From Candidatus Doudnabacteria bacterium CG10_big_fil_rev_8_21_14_0_10_41_10 (GTDB taxonomy: Bacteria; Patescibacteriota; Doudnabacteria; UBA920; 2-01-FULL-50-11), in contig PFAJ01000006.1 of NCBI GenBank assembly GCA_002773695.1, positions 1 through 56,765 on the forward strand: DNA of 56,765 bases, written 5' to 3'. Of the stretch, positions 37,793 through 46,966 are shown in pieces (position 1 is the first letter of the stretch; each line of letters opens with the position of its first letter). The notes beneath the pieces are model-generated. The model saw only the letters and a list, made by a program, of their open reading frames with translations. It made no database searches and was not told the DNA's origin. The position numbers were made by a program, and so were the translations under genes.

Positions 37793-38431
37793 TTAATAAT
37801 TTCTCCAGTTGGTCAAGTACTCTTCAATAACAACCTTACAGCGAGTTTCTGGCGGGCTATCGGTTGCGGCACAATTCTTCCCTTTCCACCACACCGTAGA
37901 CTTAACCAGCAACCGAGTGGCAGACTCTCTGGTGATTACTACCAGTCGGGAATATTTCCAATTTCCATTATCAACATGATTATAAGAACCGTCAGACTGC
38001 AAATACAGTCGAACATTCTGTCCGCCGGTTGATGTTAGAATTTGCCAAGAATTTCCATATGTAGAAAACTGCAATATGTATTTTTTTCCGCTAGGATTAC
38101 CTGAAATATTATAAACTTGGCTATCCCAATCCGCGTAACACTCCTGTCCTACCCCTATATCTGATGAACAGTCGCTTAGGCCGTCTGCGTCCTCCGCCTC
38201 CAACCAATTGGTGTCACGCATATTTCTTACAACCTCAACCCCCTCCCTGGCCAGATTTGTAGCCACAATTTGATTCACTGTCACATCCGATGCCCCTAAA
38301 GCAAATATTGCCAATGATAAACCGCCAATAATCCCGGTGGTAAGCAAAAAAATCGCGACTAAGGTTTCAATCAAAGTCTGTCCGTTTTCTTTTCCAAATA
38401 ATTCTATTATATTTTTTTGTTTTCTATTCAT
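37793..38431 (-). CDS. prepilin-type minor pilin (PilV-like)
   Basis: The ATG at 38431 (MNRKQKN) is preferred over the ORF-track start at 38485. NG|QTLIETLVAIFLLTTGI. Confidence 0.7.
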   Translation of the reverse strand: MNRKQKNIIELFGKENGQTLIETLVAIFLLTTGIIGGLSLAIFALGASDVTVNQIVATNLAREGVEVVRNMRDTNWLEAEDADGLSDCSSDIGVGQECYADWDSQVYNISGNPSGKKYILQFSTYGNSWQILTSTGGQNVRLYLQSDGSYNHVDNGNWKYSRLVVITRESATRLLVKSTVWWKGKNCAATDSPPETRCKVVIEEYLTNWRNY

Positions 38432-38527
38432 TATCGTTGAGATTTTCCAAAGGTCTATGACTGAAACACTAGAATATAAAAGCAATTAATCTTTTTTATA
38501 CTTTTATGATTTAGTAAATTCAAATCT

Positions 38528-39100
38528 CTACCTCACCTCAATTTTTCCCGTTATTCCATCAACTTCCACTTGTTTTGTAATTATATTGCCACTTCCCGCA
38601 TCCAATCGCAAATCAAAAAGGACGCCAACATTTTCTGCCTGATTATAGCTTGTACCAACGCCGGTAATCTTTATCCTCCCGAAAGGAGGAAAAAATCTTA
38701 CTTCTATTTTGCTAGCTGAAACTCCTTCAACCGTAAGATTGGTGGCTGTTACACCAGAGGCAAAAGTTACTGTTTCAAGGTTGGTTCTATTTGGGGTTGG
38801 GCTGTTGTTGTCTTCAACAAAAGTAGTGTAAGACTGCCCGTTATTACTTATTTCAAATCCAAAATCCTGGGCCACCTCGGTGGCGCTATACTCCAATCCA
38901 AACAATATATTACCCTGCATCTGTCTAAGGGCGCTCTGAACACTATCAGCGGCAACATTTAATCGTTGGATCCTTTCTCCTCGATTAAAATTAACAATAA
39001 CCGCCGCGCTTAAAAGCACAAGTATGGTTACAACCACCGTTAGCTCAACTAAAGAATACCCACCCTGCCTCTTTTGTTTACTATTTGTTTTATATTTCAT
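38528..39100 (-). CDS. prepilin-type minor pilin (FimT/GspH-like)
   Basis: 190-aa ORF with QGG|YSLVELTVVVTILVLL. Confidence 0.75.
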   Translation of the reverse strand: MKYKTNSKQKRQGGYSLVELTVVVTILVLLSAAVIVNFNRGERIQRLNVAADSVQSALRQMQGNILFGLEYSATEVAQDFGFEISNNGQSYTTFVEDNNSPTPNRTNLETVTFASGVTATNLTVEGVSASKIEVRFFPPFGRIKITGVGTSYNQAENVGVLFDLRLDAGSGNIITKQVEVDGITGKIEVR

Positions 39101-39119
39101 TGATTATTGTTCTATCCCT

Positions 39120-39364
39120 TGAATTACAAAACTCCGATTTCATGTCATTACAAGGATCCTTGGGTGTTGTTAATATCCTTCGAGCGAGGCGCTAGCCGAT
39201 TCGAGAAGTCGCAGATTTCGAGCCGAGTCGAGAAAATCCCACAACGCAGTCCTCGACTTCCTCCCTAGGCGGACAAGCCTCTCGAACAATAATATTTATC
39301 TTGCCCCCCAATCCAGTCCGGGGTGCAATGACACTAGGGGGTTTTCAAAAAGTTTCGTAATTCA
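39120..39364. mobile_element. MITE-like inverted-repeat element, copy 2 (full length)
   Basis: Ends are TGAATTACAAAACT...AGTTTCGTAATTCA, with sub-terminal GTCATTACAA...TGCAATGAC. It aligns end to end with the reverse complement of copy 4 and ends 20 nt upstream of the 39100 start codon. Confidence 0.75.
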
Positions 39365-39384
39365 TATTCTATCAACAGTTTAGC

Positions 39385-40170
39385 TTAAAAATAAGCTAAA
39401 TACCAATTTAAAATTTGTTCACCCCATAAAAACACCGCGACCGTTGAAGCGGTTAGAAAAGTGCCAAAAGGTAAAACACCTTTCATCGTTTTTTTCTTAA
39501 ATAACACCAATACAACCGCCACTACCGCTCCTCCGACATAAGCCATCCCCAACATTAAAACCGATAAAGAAAAACCAAGCATTAATCCCAAAAAAACTCC
39601 CAACTTTACATCTCCAAAACCAATCCACCGTCCTTGGGACACTAAAAATAAAATCCCAAAAAAACCAACCAAAACCAGCATACCGTACAAACCGCTTTTC
39701 AAAGATATTTCAGGAATAGTCAATCGATAAACCATGGCAAGGATTGTGCCCAAAATTATCGCGATATCAGGGATTAAGTAATATCGAAAGTCAAAAACAA
39801 AAATAATAATTAAGACCGAAACAAAAATCAAACCAAACCCTAATCCCAATAAATTTGAGGCTGATAAATCCAGGCTACCACCTAAAAATAAAATTTGACG
39901 CGCTAAAATAGTGAATATTGTCGCGGTTCCCAACTCAACTAAAGGATATTGCCAGGAAATTTTCTTTTTACAATAACGGCAACGACCACCTAACCAAAGA
40001 AAACTAAAAAGCGGCAGCAAATCCTTTGGAAACAAGCGATGAGAGCAACGCGGACAAGCGGAAAAACCCATCAGGGTCTTGTTTTTATACAGTCGATAAA
40101 TTACGGCATTTAAAAAACTGCCGACGATTAACCCAAAAATAAAAATGAGAATCGAAACCAAAAATTCCAT
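39385..40170 (-). CDS. pilD: prepilin peptidase (A24 family)
   Basis: 261-aa ORF with GSFLNAVIYRL, zinc-ribbon Cys pairs CPRCSH...CRYCKKK and the catalytic GFGDVKL. Confidence 0.9.
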   Translation of the reverse strand: MEFLVSILIFIFGLIVGSFLNAVIYRLYKNKTLMGFSACPRCSHRLFPKDLLPLFSFLWLGGRCRYCKKKISWQYPLVELGTATIFTILARQILFLGGSLDLSASNLLGLGFGLIFVSVLIIIFVFDFRYYLIPDIAIILGTILAMVYRLTIPEISLKSGLYGMLVLVGFFGILFLVSQGRWIGFGDVKLGVFLGLMLGFSLSVLMLGMAYVGGAVVAVVLVLFKKKTMKGVLPFGTFLTASTVAVFLWGEQILNWYLAYF

Positions 40171-40185
40171 AAACCCGTAAGTCCT

Positions 40186-40249
40186 ATTTTAAAAAACAAT
40201 AAGTAGCATATCCGAAGTTTACGCTATAGCGCAAGCTTTACTGCTACTC
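40186..40249 (-). terminator. hairpin plus T-run between pilin and pilD genes (terminator/attenuator)
   Basis: On the minus strand, GAGTAGCA...(inner CGCTATAGCG palindrome)...TGCTACTT is followed by ATTGTTTTTTAAAA. Confidence 0.5.
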
Positions 40250-40276
40250 ATTAATTTCAAACTTTTTTAGTTCAGT

Positions 40277-40747
40277 TTATAAATCCGGCAATGGGGGTGT
40301 AACAGTACCATCTTGATTCATTGTGTATAACACTCCGGTTTTTTCAAGTGTAAAGCTTACGGTATAGTTGGGACGCAAATCAGTTTGCCCTGAACAACCG
40401 GTCATATTTGCCCCGGTTACTGAATAAACATAGTTGTAGGTAGGAGCCAATGGATCGACGGGAACTCGCAATACTTGTTCCGCGCCGCAACTTATAGTGG
40501 AAGCGGCCACAAATTGAGAGGCGGGAGGATACGCGTCCGCGAAACTAAAGTAAACATCCATTCCCAGTCGAATCTGGTTAATATCGGAAACTCTTTTTGT
40601 ATCACGGGCTTTAACCCTGGCATTGCTCAAACTGGTGGTAATAATCGAAGCCAAAAGACCAATTATGGCAATAACCACTAAAAGTTCGATCAAGGTAAAT
40701 CCAACAATGGTTTTTTTCTTATTCCCAATTCCCGATTCGTTCTTCAT
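40277..40747 (-). CDS. type IV pilin (major-pilin candidate 2)
   Basis: 156-aa ORF with VG|FTLIELLVVIAIIGLLASI, the class III signal with Glu5. Confidence 0.85.
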   Translation of the reverse strand: MKNESGIGNKKKTIVGFTLIELLVVIAIIGLLASIITTSLSNARVKARDTKRVSDINQIRLGMDVYFSFADAYPPASQFVAASTISCGAEQVLRVPVDPLAPTYNYVYSVTGANMTGCSGQTDLRPNYTVSFTLEKTGVLYTMNQDGTVTPPLPDL

Positions 40748-40834
40748 ATTTCTATTGTTAATTTAAGCCCACAAGACTTCCCCCATAAGCAACTCTACTT
40801 AGGGGGAAGAGCTTTCAGACTTAAATGTTTTTTA

Positions 40835-41317
40835 CTACATACCGCCTTGTGTAGCAGTATGCACACCCGCTGTTAACCCGCCGGTTGCCGCGCCCAAACA
40901 AAAACTTATGCCATAAGTGCTGGCTGTTCCGGTGTACATATAAGTATTATTACCAGCCGGACTAGCCGTACATGTACCATCGTTAGGGTTAGGAGCAATC
41001 GGGGTACGAGACAAGATAATGCCGCCGGATGGAGATGCTTCAAAGTTGTTGCATCCATCGTCCAGCCCTTCGTTACCATCCAATGCTATGGCGGTTGCCG
41101 CGATTGGGTAACTACTGCAATCGTTAAAGTAAAGCTCCAACGCGGTTTGCAGTTGTCGGACATCTGCCACTCGTTTTGCGTCTCTGGATTTTGCTCGAGC
41201 GGAATTTAAAGACACTAAAACCACAGAAGCCAAAATACCGATGATGGCAATTACCACCAACAATTCGATAAGTGTAAACCCTTTTGATTTACTCCTTAAT
41301 TTTGATATAGTTTTCAC
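40835..41317 (-). CDS. type IV pilin (major-pilin candidate 1)
   Basis: 160-aa ORF with a GTG start preceded by GGGGGTGA. KG|FTLIELLVVIAIIGILASV. The 8-bp hairpin CTTCCCCC...GGGGGAAG (40777-40809) lies downstream. Confidence 0.85.
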   Translation of the reverse strand: MKTISKLRSKSKGFTLIELLVVIAIIGILASVVLVSLNSARAKSRDAKRVADVRQLQTALELYFNDCSSYPIAATAIALDGNEGLDDGCNNFEASPSGGIILSRTPIAPNPNDGTCTASPAGNNTYMYTGTASTYGISFCLGAATGGLTAGVHTATQGGM

Positions 41318-41447
41318 TCTTTAAACTCACCCCCTCTCGGTTTAGTGAATTTTATAGTTCTAAAACTCCAAAAAATAAAATCAGTATGTGTCAAAATCTT
41401 TTGTTGTGTCTTTTAGTTTCTAAAAACGAGACGGGGATATCTTCCGC

Positions 41448-42659
41448 CTAAAACGTACTAGCTAAATTATATATCGGAAGTAAAATTCCTGCAACCATTA
41501 TACCCACAGCCAAGCCCAAAATAACCATAATGACAGGCTCTATCAGGGTAGTCATTGTCGATATGGTATTTTCCAGCTGTTTATCGTAAAATTCGGACAA
41601 TTTCCTCAAAATTCCCGGTAAATCGCCGGTTTCTTCACCAACCGCGACCATTTGCGCCACCAACGGCGGGATTTCAGATGAATTTTCAAAGATTTTGTTT
41701 AACTGCTTTCCGGTCTGAACTTCTTTTGACGCATCCAAAAATAAATCTCTATAAACCCAATTACCCGTGATTCCAGCCACCAACTGCAAAGATTTTACGA
41801 TATTTATTCCCCCGTCCAAAAGATTCGCGATATGATGAGAAAAACGATAAATATAAATCGTTTGCAAAAATTTACCTACAATCGGAAGTTTAATGATAAT
41901 CCGATCTACCACGTAACGTCCTTTTTCAGTATGAACCATATATCGAAAACCAAAAATAGCGGTTACCATAAGAATTAACACTACCCACCAATATCCGGTA
42001 ACAAAATTGGTTGCCCCTATAATTATCTTGGTCGCGAAAGGCAACTCTGCTCCCGCTTCCAACAGCACCCCGGTCATTTGAGGCAAAACGAAGAAAAACA
42101 TTAGTCCGCCAACCGCAAATAATAATAAAATAATAAAAGCCGGATAGGCCAAGGCCCCGCGAATTTTCGATTTTAAATCATAATCCTTCTCTATTTGATC
42201 AGCTAAATAAATCAAAGTTTTATCCAAAGATCCGGAGGCCTCTCCGGCGCGAACTAAACTTGTATACAATTCCGGAAAAATATCCGGGTTGATCGCAAAC
42301 GCGTCCGATAAACTTTTTCCACCCTCGACTTCAAGGGATGTTTTTTCAATTATAATTTTAAATTTTGGCGAATTAACTTGTTTAACTAAAATCTGCAATG
42401 CTTTTACTATTCGAACTTGCGCGCCTACCAATGTCGAAAGTTGCCTGAAAAACATCACCATTTCTTTGGCTGAAACCGAAGAAAACTTTTTTAAAAGTTC
42501 GTCCAAACTGTCGATCCCGCCCGAAGATATTTCAAATTTAAGAGGCGACAAACCATGCTCTTCCAAAATTTCCGCGGCCTGAACCTCGGAGTCCGCCTCA
42601 ACTCTTCCTGCGACGATCGAGCCTTTCGCATCTTTACTTTTATATCGATATAAAACCAT
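41448..42659 (-). CDS. pilC: type IV pilus platform protein (T2SS F family)
   Basis: 403-aa ORF with two GspF-type repeats and 3 TM helices, located between pilT and the pilins. Confidence 0.9.
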   Translation of the reverse strand: MVLYRYKSKDAKGSIVAGRVEADSEVQAAEILEEHGLSPLKFEISSGGIDSLDELLKKFSSVSAKEMVMFFRQLSTLVGAQVRIVKALQILVKQVNSPKFKIIIEKTSLEVEGGKSLSDAFAINPDIFPELYTSLVRAGEASGSLDKTLIYLADQIEKDYDLKSKIRGALAYPAFIILLLFAVGGLMFFFVLPQMTGVLLEAGAELPFATKIIIGATNFVTGYWWVVLILMVTAIFGFRYMVHTEKGRYVVDRIIIKLPIVGKFLQTIYIYRFSHHIANLLDGGINIVKSLQLVAGITGNWVYRDLFLDASKEVQTGKQLNKIFENSSEIPPLVAQMVAVGEETGDLPGILRKLSEFYDKQLENTISTMTTLIEPVIMVILGLAVGIMVAGILLPIYNLASTF

Positions 42660-42678
42660 GACTTGTTTTTTTCAATCT

Positions 42679-43773
42679 TTAACGACTAACTAGCGAACTA
42701 AAAATTTCATTATCCAATGAATACGCTTGCGCGTCATCAAAGGTCACCAAGCCTTTTTTAACTAACTCGGACAAATAACGATCCAAAGAAACCATCCCTT
42801 TTGCTCCGGAGCTATGAATAATATTGTAAATTTCATAAGCCCGATTGTCCCGAATAACATTTCTAACAGCCGAATCCGCGAACAGAAGCTCGGTTGCCGG
42901 GATCAACCCCCCGCCAATTTTTGGCAACAACCGAATTGAAACTATTCCAAGCAGGATACTCGACAATTGATTGCGAATCTGTTGTTGTTGATGTGGAGGA
43001 AAAACATCCACTAAACGATCAATCGATTGTGCCGCGTCATTGGTGTGGAGGGTGGCAAAAACCAAGTGGCCGGTCTCGGCAACAGTCACCGTTGCCGCGA
43101 TTGATTCAAAATCGCGCATCTCTCCAACCATAACGACGTTAGGATCTTCCCTTAAAACCGACCGTAACCCTGATTGAAAAGAAACGGTATCTTCAAGCAC
43201 TTCTCGTTGACTGATAATGCTTTTGTCCGGCACAAACACATACTCAATCGGGTCTTCGAATGTTACGATATGCTCTGCTCGCTCATGGTTTATCTTGTCT
43301 ATTATGGAGGCTATCGCGGTCGATTTACCGTGTCCGGTCGGACCGGAAACAATGACTAATCCTTGTTTAACTTTGGTAAATTTTTCCAAAGCTTTTGGTA
43401 AATTTAACTCCTGAAGACTTTTGATTTTATTTGGAATCATCCTGATAGAAACCGCCAAAGTACTTTTCTGATAATAAGCATTCACCCGCAACCGGTGATT
43501 TTCTTTAAAAGGATACGAAAAATCTGTTTGTCTTATTTTTTCCAGCATATCTTTTTTTTGTTTCGGCACCAAAACACTACACAGACTTTCAATATTTTCC
43601 GGGGTCAAAACGTCATGATCTTTCAACTCAAGTAACACCGAGTGCACTCTATAGATTGGCGGTTTTCCGGCGAGTAAATGCAAATCCGACGCGTCTTTTT
43701 CCAACATGTTACTCAAAAGCTTATTGAGAGCTAATTCACTATTTTTGTACATACCGAGGGAATGAAACTTCAA
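42679..43773 (-). CDS. pilT: type IV pilus retraction ATPase
   Basis: 364-aa ORF with Walker A GPTGHGKST and VMVGEMRD. The His box is HLVFATLHTNDAAQSIDRL, typical of PilT. Confidence 0.85.
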   Translation of the reverse strand: MKFHSLGMYKNSELALNKLLSNMLEKDASDLHLLAGKPPIYRVHSVLLELKDHDVLTPENIESLCSVLVPKQKKDMLEKIRQTDFSYPFKENHRLRVNAYYQKSTLAVSIRMIPNKIKSLQELNLPKALEKFTKVKQGLVIVSGPTGHGKSTAIASIIDKINHERAEHIVTFEDPIEYVFVPDKSIISQREVLEDTVSFQSGLRSVLREDPNVVMVGEMRDFESIAATVTVAETGHLVFATLHTNDAAQSIDRLVDVFPPHQQQQIRNQLSSILLGIVSIRLLPKIGGGLIPATELLFADSAVRNVIRDNRAYEIYNIIHSSGAKGMVSLDRYLSELVKKGLVTFDDAQAYSLDNEIFSSLVSR

Positions 43774-43873
43774 ATCGTTATAAAACCAACGGTTTCGTAA
43801 CTTTCAAAGTATTAATTATTGCTATCAAATGACAATAGGATATCTTAATTTAACCCCTAACAATGCCCGACTA

Positions 43874-43993
43874 TGAATTACGAAACTCTCAAGCCGCTAG
43901 TGTCATTGCGACCCCGGACTGGATTGGGGGGCAAGATGAATATTATCGTTCGAGCGACTTGTCCGCCTAAGGAGGAAGTCAAAAACTGCATTC
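43874..43993. mobile_element. MITE-like element, copy 3 (half copy, truncated)
   Basis: TGAATTACGAAACTCTC...GTGTCATTGCGACCCCGGACTGGATTGGGGGG...CGACTTGTCCGCCTAAGGAGGAAGTCAAAAACTGC matches the first half of copy 4. Similarity stops about 20 nt before the stop codon of the receiver gene. Confidence 0.65.
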
Positions 43994-44012
43994 TGCCGGG
44001 CATATTTTATTT

Positions 44013-44369
44013 TTAAACAAATCCAGTAATTACTAATGCTATGTCACGATCACTGCTTTGAAATTTATTTAAATAACTATTCACTCCGCAATTGAGACAA
44101 TTTTCCACGGAAAATCGGTCCTGCCTTTTGGATAAAACGACAATTGGTAAAGAGGACAATTCGTGCCGCAACCGAATAGTTTTTACCAAATCTATTCCAT
44201 CCATATCCGGGAGATCAAGTTCTGTCACAATTACAGAAATAGGAAATTTTACAAACACATCCAAAGCGCGCTTCCCCAAAGAACAATGAGTGACCTCAAT
44301 TCCGGGTGGGCTTATCTTTTCAATAAATATTTCCTTCCAAATTGTATCGGGATCAACAAGTAGAATCAT
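44013..44369 (-). CDS. stand-alone response-regulator receiver domain (CheY/PilH-like)
   Basis: 118-aa ORF with ILLVDPD, VTELDLPDMDG (phospho-acceptor Asp), VVLSKR and YLNKF. There is no output domain. Confidence 0.8.
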   Translation of the reverse strand: MILLVDPDTIWKEIFIEKISPPGIEVTHCSLGKRALDVFVKFPISVIVTELDLPDMDGIDLVKTIRLRHELSSLPIVVLSKRQDRFSVENCLNCGVNSYLNKFQSSDRDIALVITGFV

Positions 44370-44373
44370 GGCT

Positions 44374-44461
44374 GGCTACAAAATTACGAATCTATACGAA
44401 AATACAAAAAGTTGTGGCCACGAAAATTCGTACTTTCGTAACTTTTCGTAAGTTCGTAGCC
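44374..44461. repeat. palindromic array of TACGAA/TTCGTA hexamers between pilB and the receiver gene
   Basis: GGCTAC...TACGAA (44385), TACGAA (44395)...TTCGTA (44427, 44435, 44445, 44453)...GTAGCC. The hexamer is the core of the MITE terminal repeat GAATTACGAAACT. Confidence 0.55.
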
Positions 44462-44462
44462 A

Positions 44463-46238
44463 CTAGACCTTGGTTACTCTCAAAACCTCTTCTAAACTAG
44501 TCACGCCAAGTAAAACCTTAATATACCCATCCTGCTTCATCGTAACCATCCCCTCTTTCAAAGCTTGATCCAAAATTTTACTTACCGGTTCTTTGTCCGC
44601 AACCAAAGCTTGAATCGATTTAGACATTGACAGTGCCTCAAAAATTCCAATTCTTCCTTTATAACCACTGCTACCACAAGCATTGCATCCCTCTCCGCGC
44701 CATAGACTAATATTGTTTAAATCCACATCCTTCATTTCATCTTTCGGTACATTTTTAAGCTCCTCCAGAATATCTTTTTTAATATCTTCTAAAACCGGAA
44801 CCTTTTTTTTGCACTCCGGGCACAATTTTCTAACCAAACGTTGCGCGAGAACCAAATTTAGAGAAGCCACCAACAAAAAATTATCAACTCCCATATCTAC
44901 CAATCGAGGAACGGCCCCGACCGCGTCGTTGGTGTGTAAAGTGGAAAATACCAAATGTCCGGTCAGCGCGGCGTGAACTGCCAATTCCGCGGTTTCAGAG
45001 TCTCGAATCTCTCCAACCATTACCACGTTCGGGTCTTGACGCAAAATGGAACGCAACCCCGAAGCGAAAGTCAAACCAATTTCCGGTTTTACTTGCGCTT
45101 GGTTTACACCTTCTAGAAAATATTCTACCGGGTCTTCCAAGGTCACAATATTAATCCCAACTTTGTTTAACTTGCTCAAAACCGAAGACAAAGTGGTAGA
45201 TTTTCCACTCCCGGTTGGCCCGGTTACCAAAACCATACCATGAGGTTTTTTCAAATTTTCTTCTACCTTTGCTTTTTGTCTGTTCCAAATACCCAAATCA
45301 TCCAATGTCGGCACGCCGGCGGTTTTATCCAAAATACGCAATACGATTTTTTCACCATTTACCGTCGGCAAAGTAGAAACGCGAAAATCAACCGAAATTT
45401 TACCAAATTGCATGTGGAAACGACCATCTTGCGGTAATCTGGTTTCATCGATTTTTAAATTTGAAAGAATTTTAATTCTGGATATAATCGCCGGATGAAC
45501 TGATTTAGGAATAATTAAAGAGCTTTGCAAAACACCGTCAACCCTGTAGCGCACTCTCAAATCGTGCTCGCTTGGTTCTATATGGATATCGGATGCCCTG
45601 GCCTCAATCGCGTGCTTAATCATCACGTCAACTATTTTTGATATTGGGGCTTCGGTGATTAACTGCGCGGCCTTGTCAGTTTTTATCCTTTGTTCCTGCT
45701 GACGCGCTGAAATTTCTTTTTCTTTTTTTGCAATATCTTCCAGCGCGGTTCGAACTTCTAAGCTAATATCTTTGTTTTGGGAAATCGAATTTTTAAAACT
45801 CGTAATGGATGATAAATAAATTTCAACTATAAAATGTTTTTTTTGAGCAAGAAATTCCAAAGCTTCTAAAGAGGTTAAATCCGCGGGATCGGTGATGGCT
45901 ACTTTTAAAACCTTCCCGTCAAAACCAAAAGGCACAAACTTGTACATCGCAATCGCGCTCTGCGGGATAGTAGCTACCATCTCCTTGGTGATTTTGAAAT
46001 TTTTTAAATCTATATACGGAAGCCTATAGTATTCCGCTCGCAACTGGGTCAACTCTTCTTCGTTAATTATTTTATTTTGCAGAAGCGACTCAATAAAATA
46101 CTGTCCCGAGCCGCGAGATTTTATGGATAGTTGGGAAAGTTTTTTATTATCAATCTTTCCTGAATGCAATAAAAATTCCTCAAAACCAAACATGGCGTTA
46201 GAAGAATTTATTACCTGCTGCTTTACTGGATCCATCAT
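44463..46238 (-). CDS. pilB: type IV pilus assembly ATPase (GspE/PilB family)
   Basis: 591-aa ORF with an N-terminal GSPII_E-type domain, Walker A GPTGSGKST, HLVFSTLHTNDA and the tetra-Cys motif CPECKK...CNACGSSGYKGR. Confidence 0.9.
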   Translation of the reverse strand: MMDPVKQQVINSSNAMFGFEEFLLHSGKIDNKKLSQLSIKSRGSGQYFIESLLQNKIINEEELTQLRAEYYRLPYIDLKNFKITKEMVATIPQSAIAMYKFVPFGFDGKVLKVAITDPADLTSLEALEFLAQKKHFIVEIYLSSITSFKNSISQNKDISLEVRTALEDIAKKEKEISARQQEQRIKTDKAAQLITEAPISKIVDVMIKHAIEARASDIHIEPSEHDLRVRYRVDGVLQSSLIIPKSVHPAIISRIKILSNLKIDETRLPQDGRFHMQFGKISVDFRVSTLPTVNGEKIVLRILDKTAGVPTLDDLGIWNRQKAKVEENLKKPHGMVLVTGPTGSGKSTTLSSVLSKLNKVGINIVTLEDPVEYFLEGVNQAQVKPEIGLTFASGLRSILRQDPNVVMVGEIRDSETAELAVHAALTGHLVFSTLHTNDAVGAVPRLVDMGVDNFLLVASLNLVLAQRLVRKLCPECKKKVPVLEDIKKDILEELKNVPKDEMKDVDLNNISLWRGEGCNACGSSGYKGRIGIFEALSMSKSIQALVADKEPVSKILDQALKEGMVTMKQDGYIKVLLGVTSLEEVLRVTKV

Positions 46239-46272
46239 AAATAAATTTACATTAGAACTTACTCATTCACTA

Positions 46273-46519
46273 TGAATTACGAAACTCTCTGAAAACCCCC
46301 TTAGTGTCATTGCGACCACGGACTGGATTTGGGGGACAATCTGAATATTATTATTCGAGCGACTTGTCCGCCCAAGGAGGAAATCAAAAACTGCGTTGTG
46401 GGATCTTCTCGACTCGGCTCGAAATCTGCGACTTCTCGACTCGGCTAACGCCTCGCTCGAAGGATATTAACGATGCCAAGGATCCTCGCAATGAGATTAA
46501 ATTGGAGTTTCGTAATTCA
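46273..46519. mobile_element. MITE-like inverted-repeat element, copy 4 (full length, opposite orientation to copies 1-2)
   Basis: Perfect ends TGAATTACGAAACT...AGTTTCGTAATTCA, each flanked by TA. Sub-terminal pair GTCATTGCGA...TCGCAATGAG. Two TTCTCGACTCGGCT modules. Confidence 0.75.
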
Positions 46520-46597
46520 TAAAATCCGCCTCTGACGAACCTTACGCCATTTAATTTCGTGTCAAACTTGGTCAAATAAAAAAGCTCTATAAAAATA

Positions 46598-46960
46598 CTA
46601 TTCCGAAATTTCTTCTGATGCTATCACTCCCTCTTCAACTAGCCCTGTCTCAAAAGAAAATGGATTTTCCACACCTAATTCTTCCGGGTCGACAGTCAGT
46701 TCTAAAGAAGGAATAAGCTCTAAATATCGCGAATCAGAAAATATACTAGTGTCAATTTCTTCACCAAAAGGCAACACTCCTTTTTGTCCGGAATACATGC
46801 CACCTATAACAGCCTGTTCAGAAAGTCTCGCTATCACTTCCGCGCTTGGTGGGGGGGAGCTATTTCTACCACTCAATAAAATCCATCCATTCGCAATGGC
46901 AATAACCACGATTAAACCAATATAAAAGGTTTTTTTTGTTTTACTTTGAATTTGCGTCAT
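46598..46960 (-). CDS. small membrane-anchored protein of the pilMNO block (PilP-position)
   Basis: 120-aa ORF with one N-terminal TM helix and an acidic C-terminus. The call rests on position only. Confidence 0.45.
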   Translation of the reverse strand: MTQIQSKTKKTFYIGLIVVIAIANGWILLSGRNSSPPPSAEVIARLSEQAVIGGMYSGQKGVLPFGEEIDTSIFSDSRYLELIPSLELTVDPEELGVENPFSFETGLVEEGVIASEEISE

Positions 46961-46966
46961 ATGACT

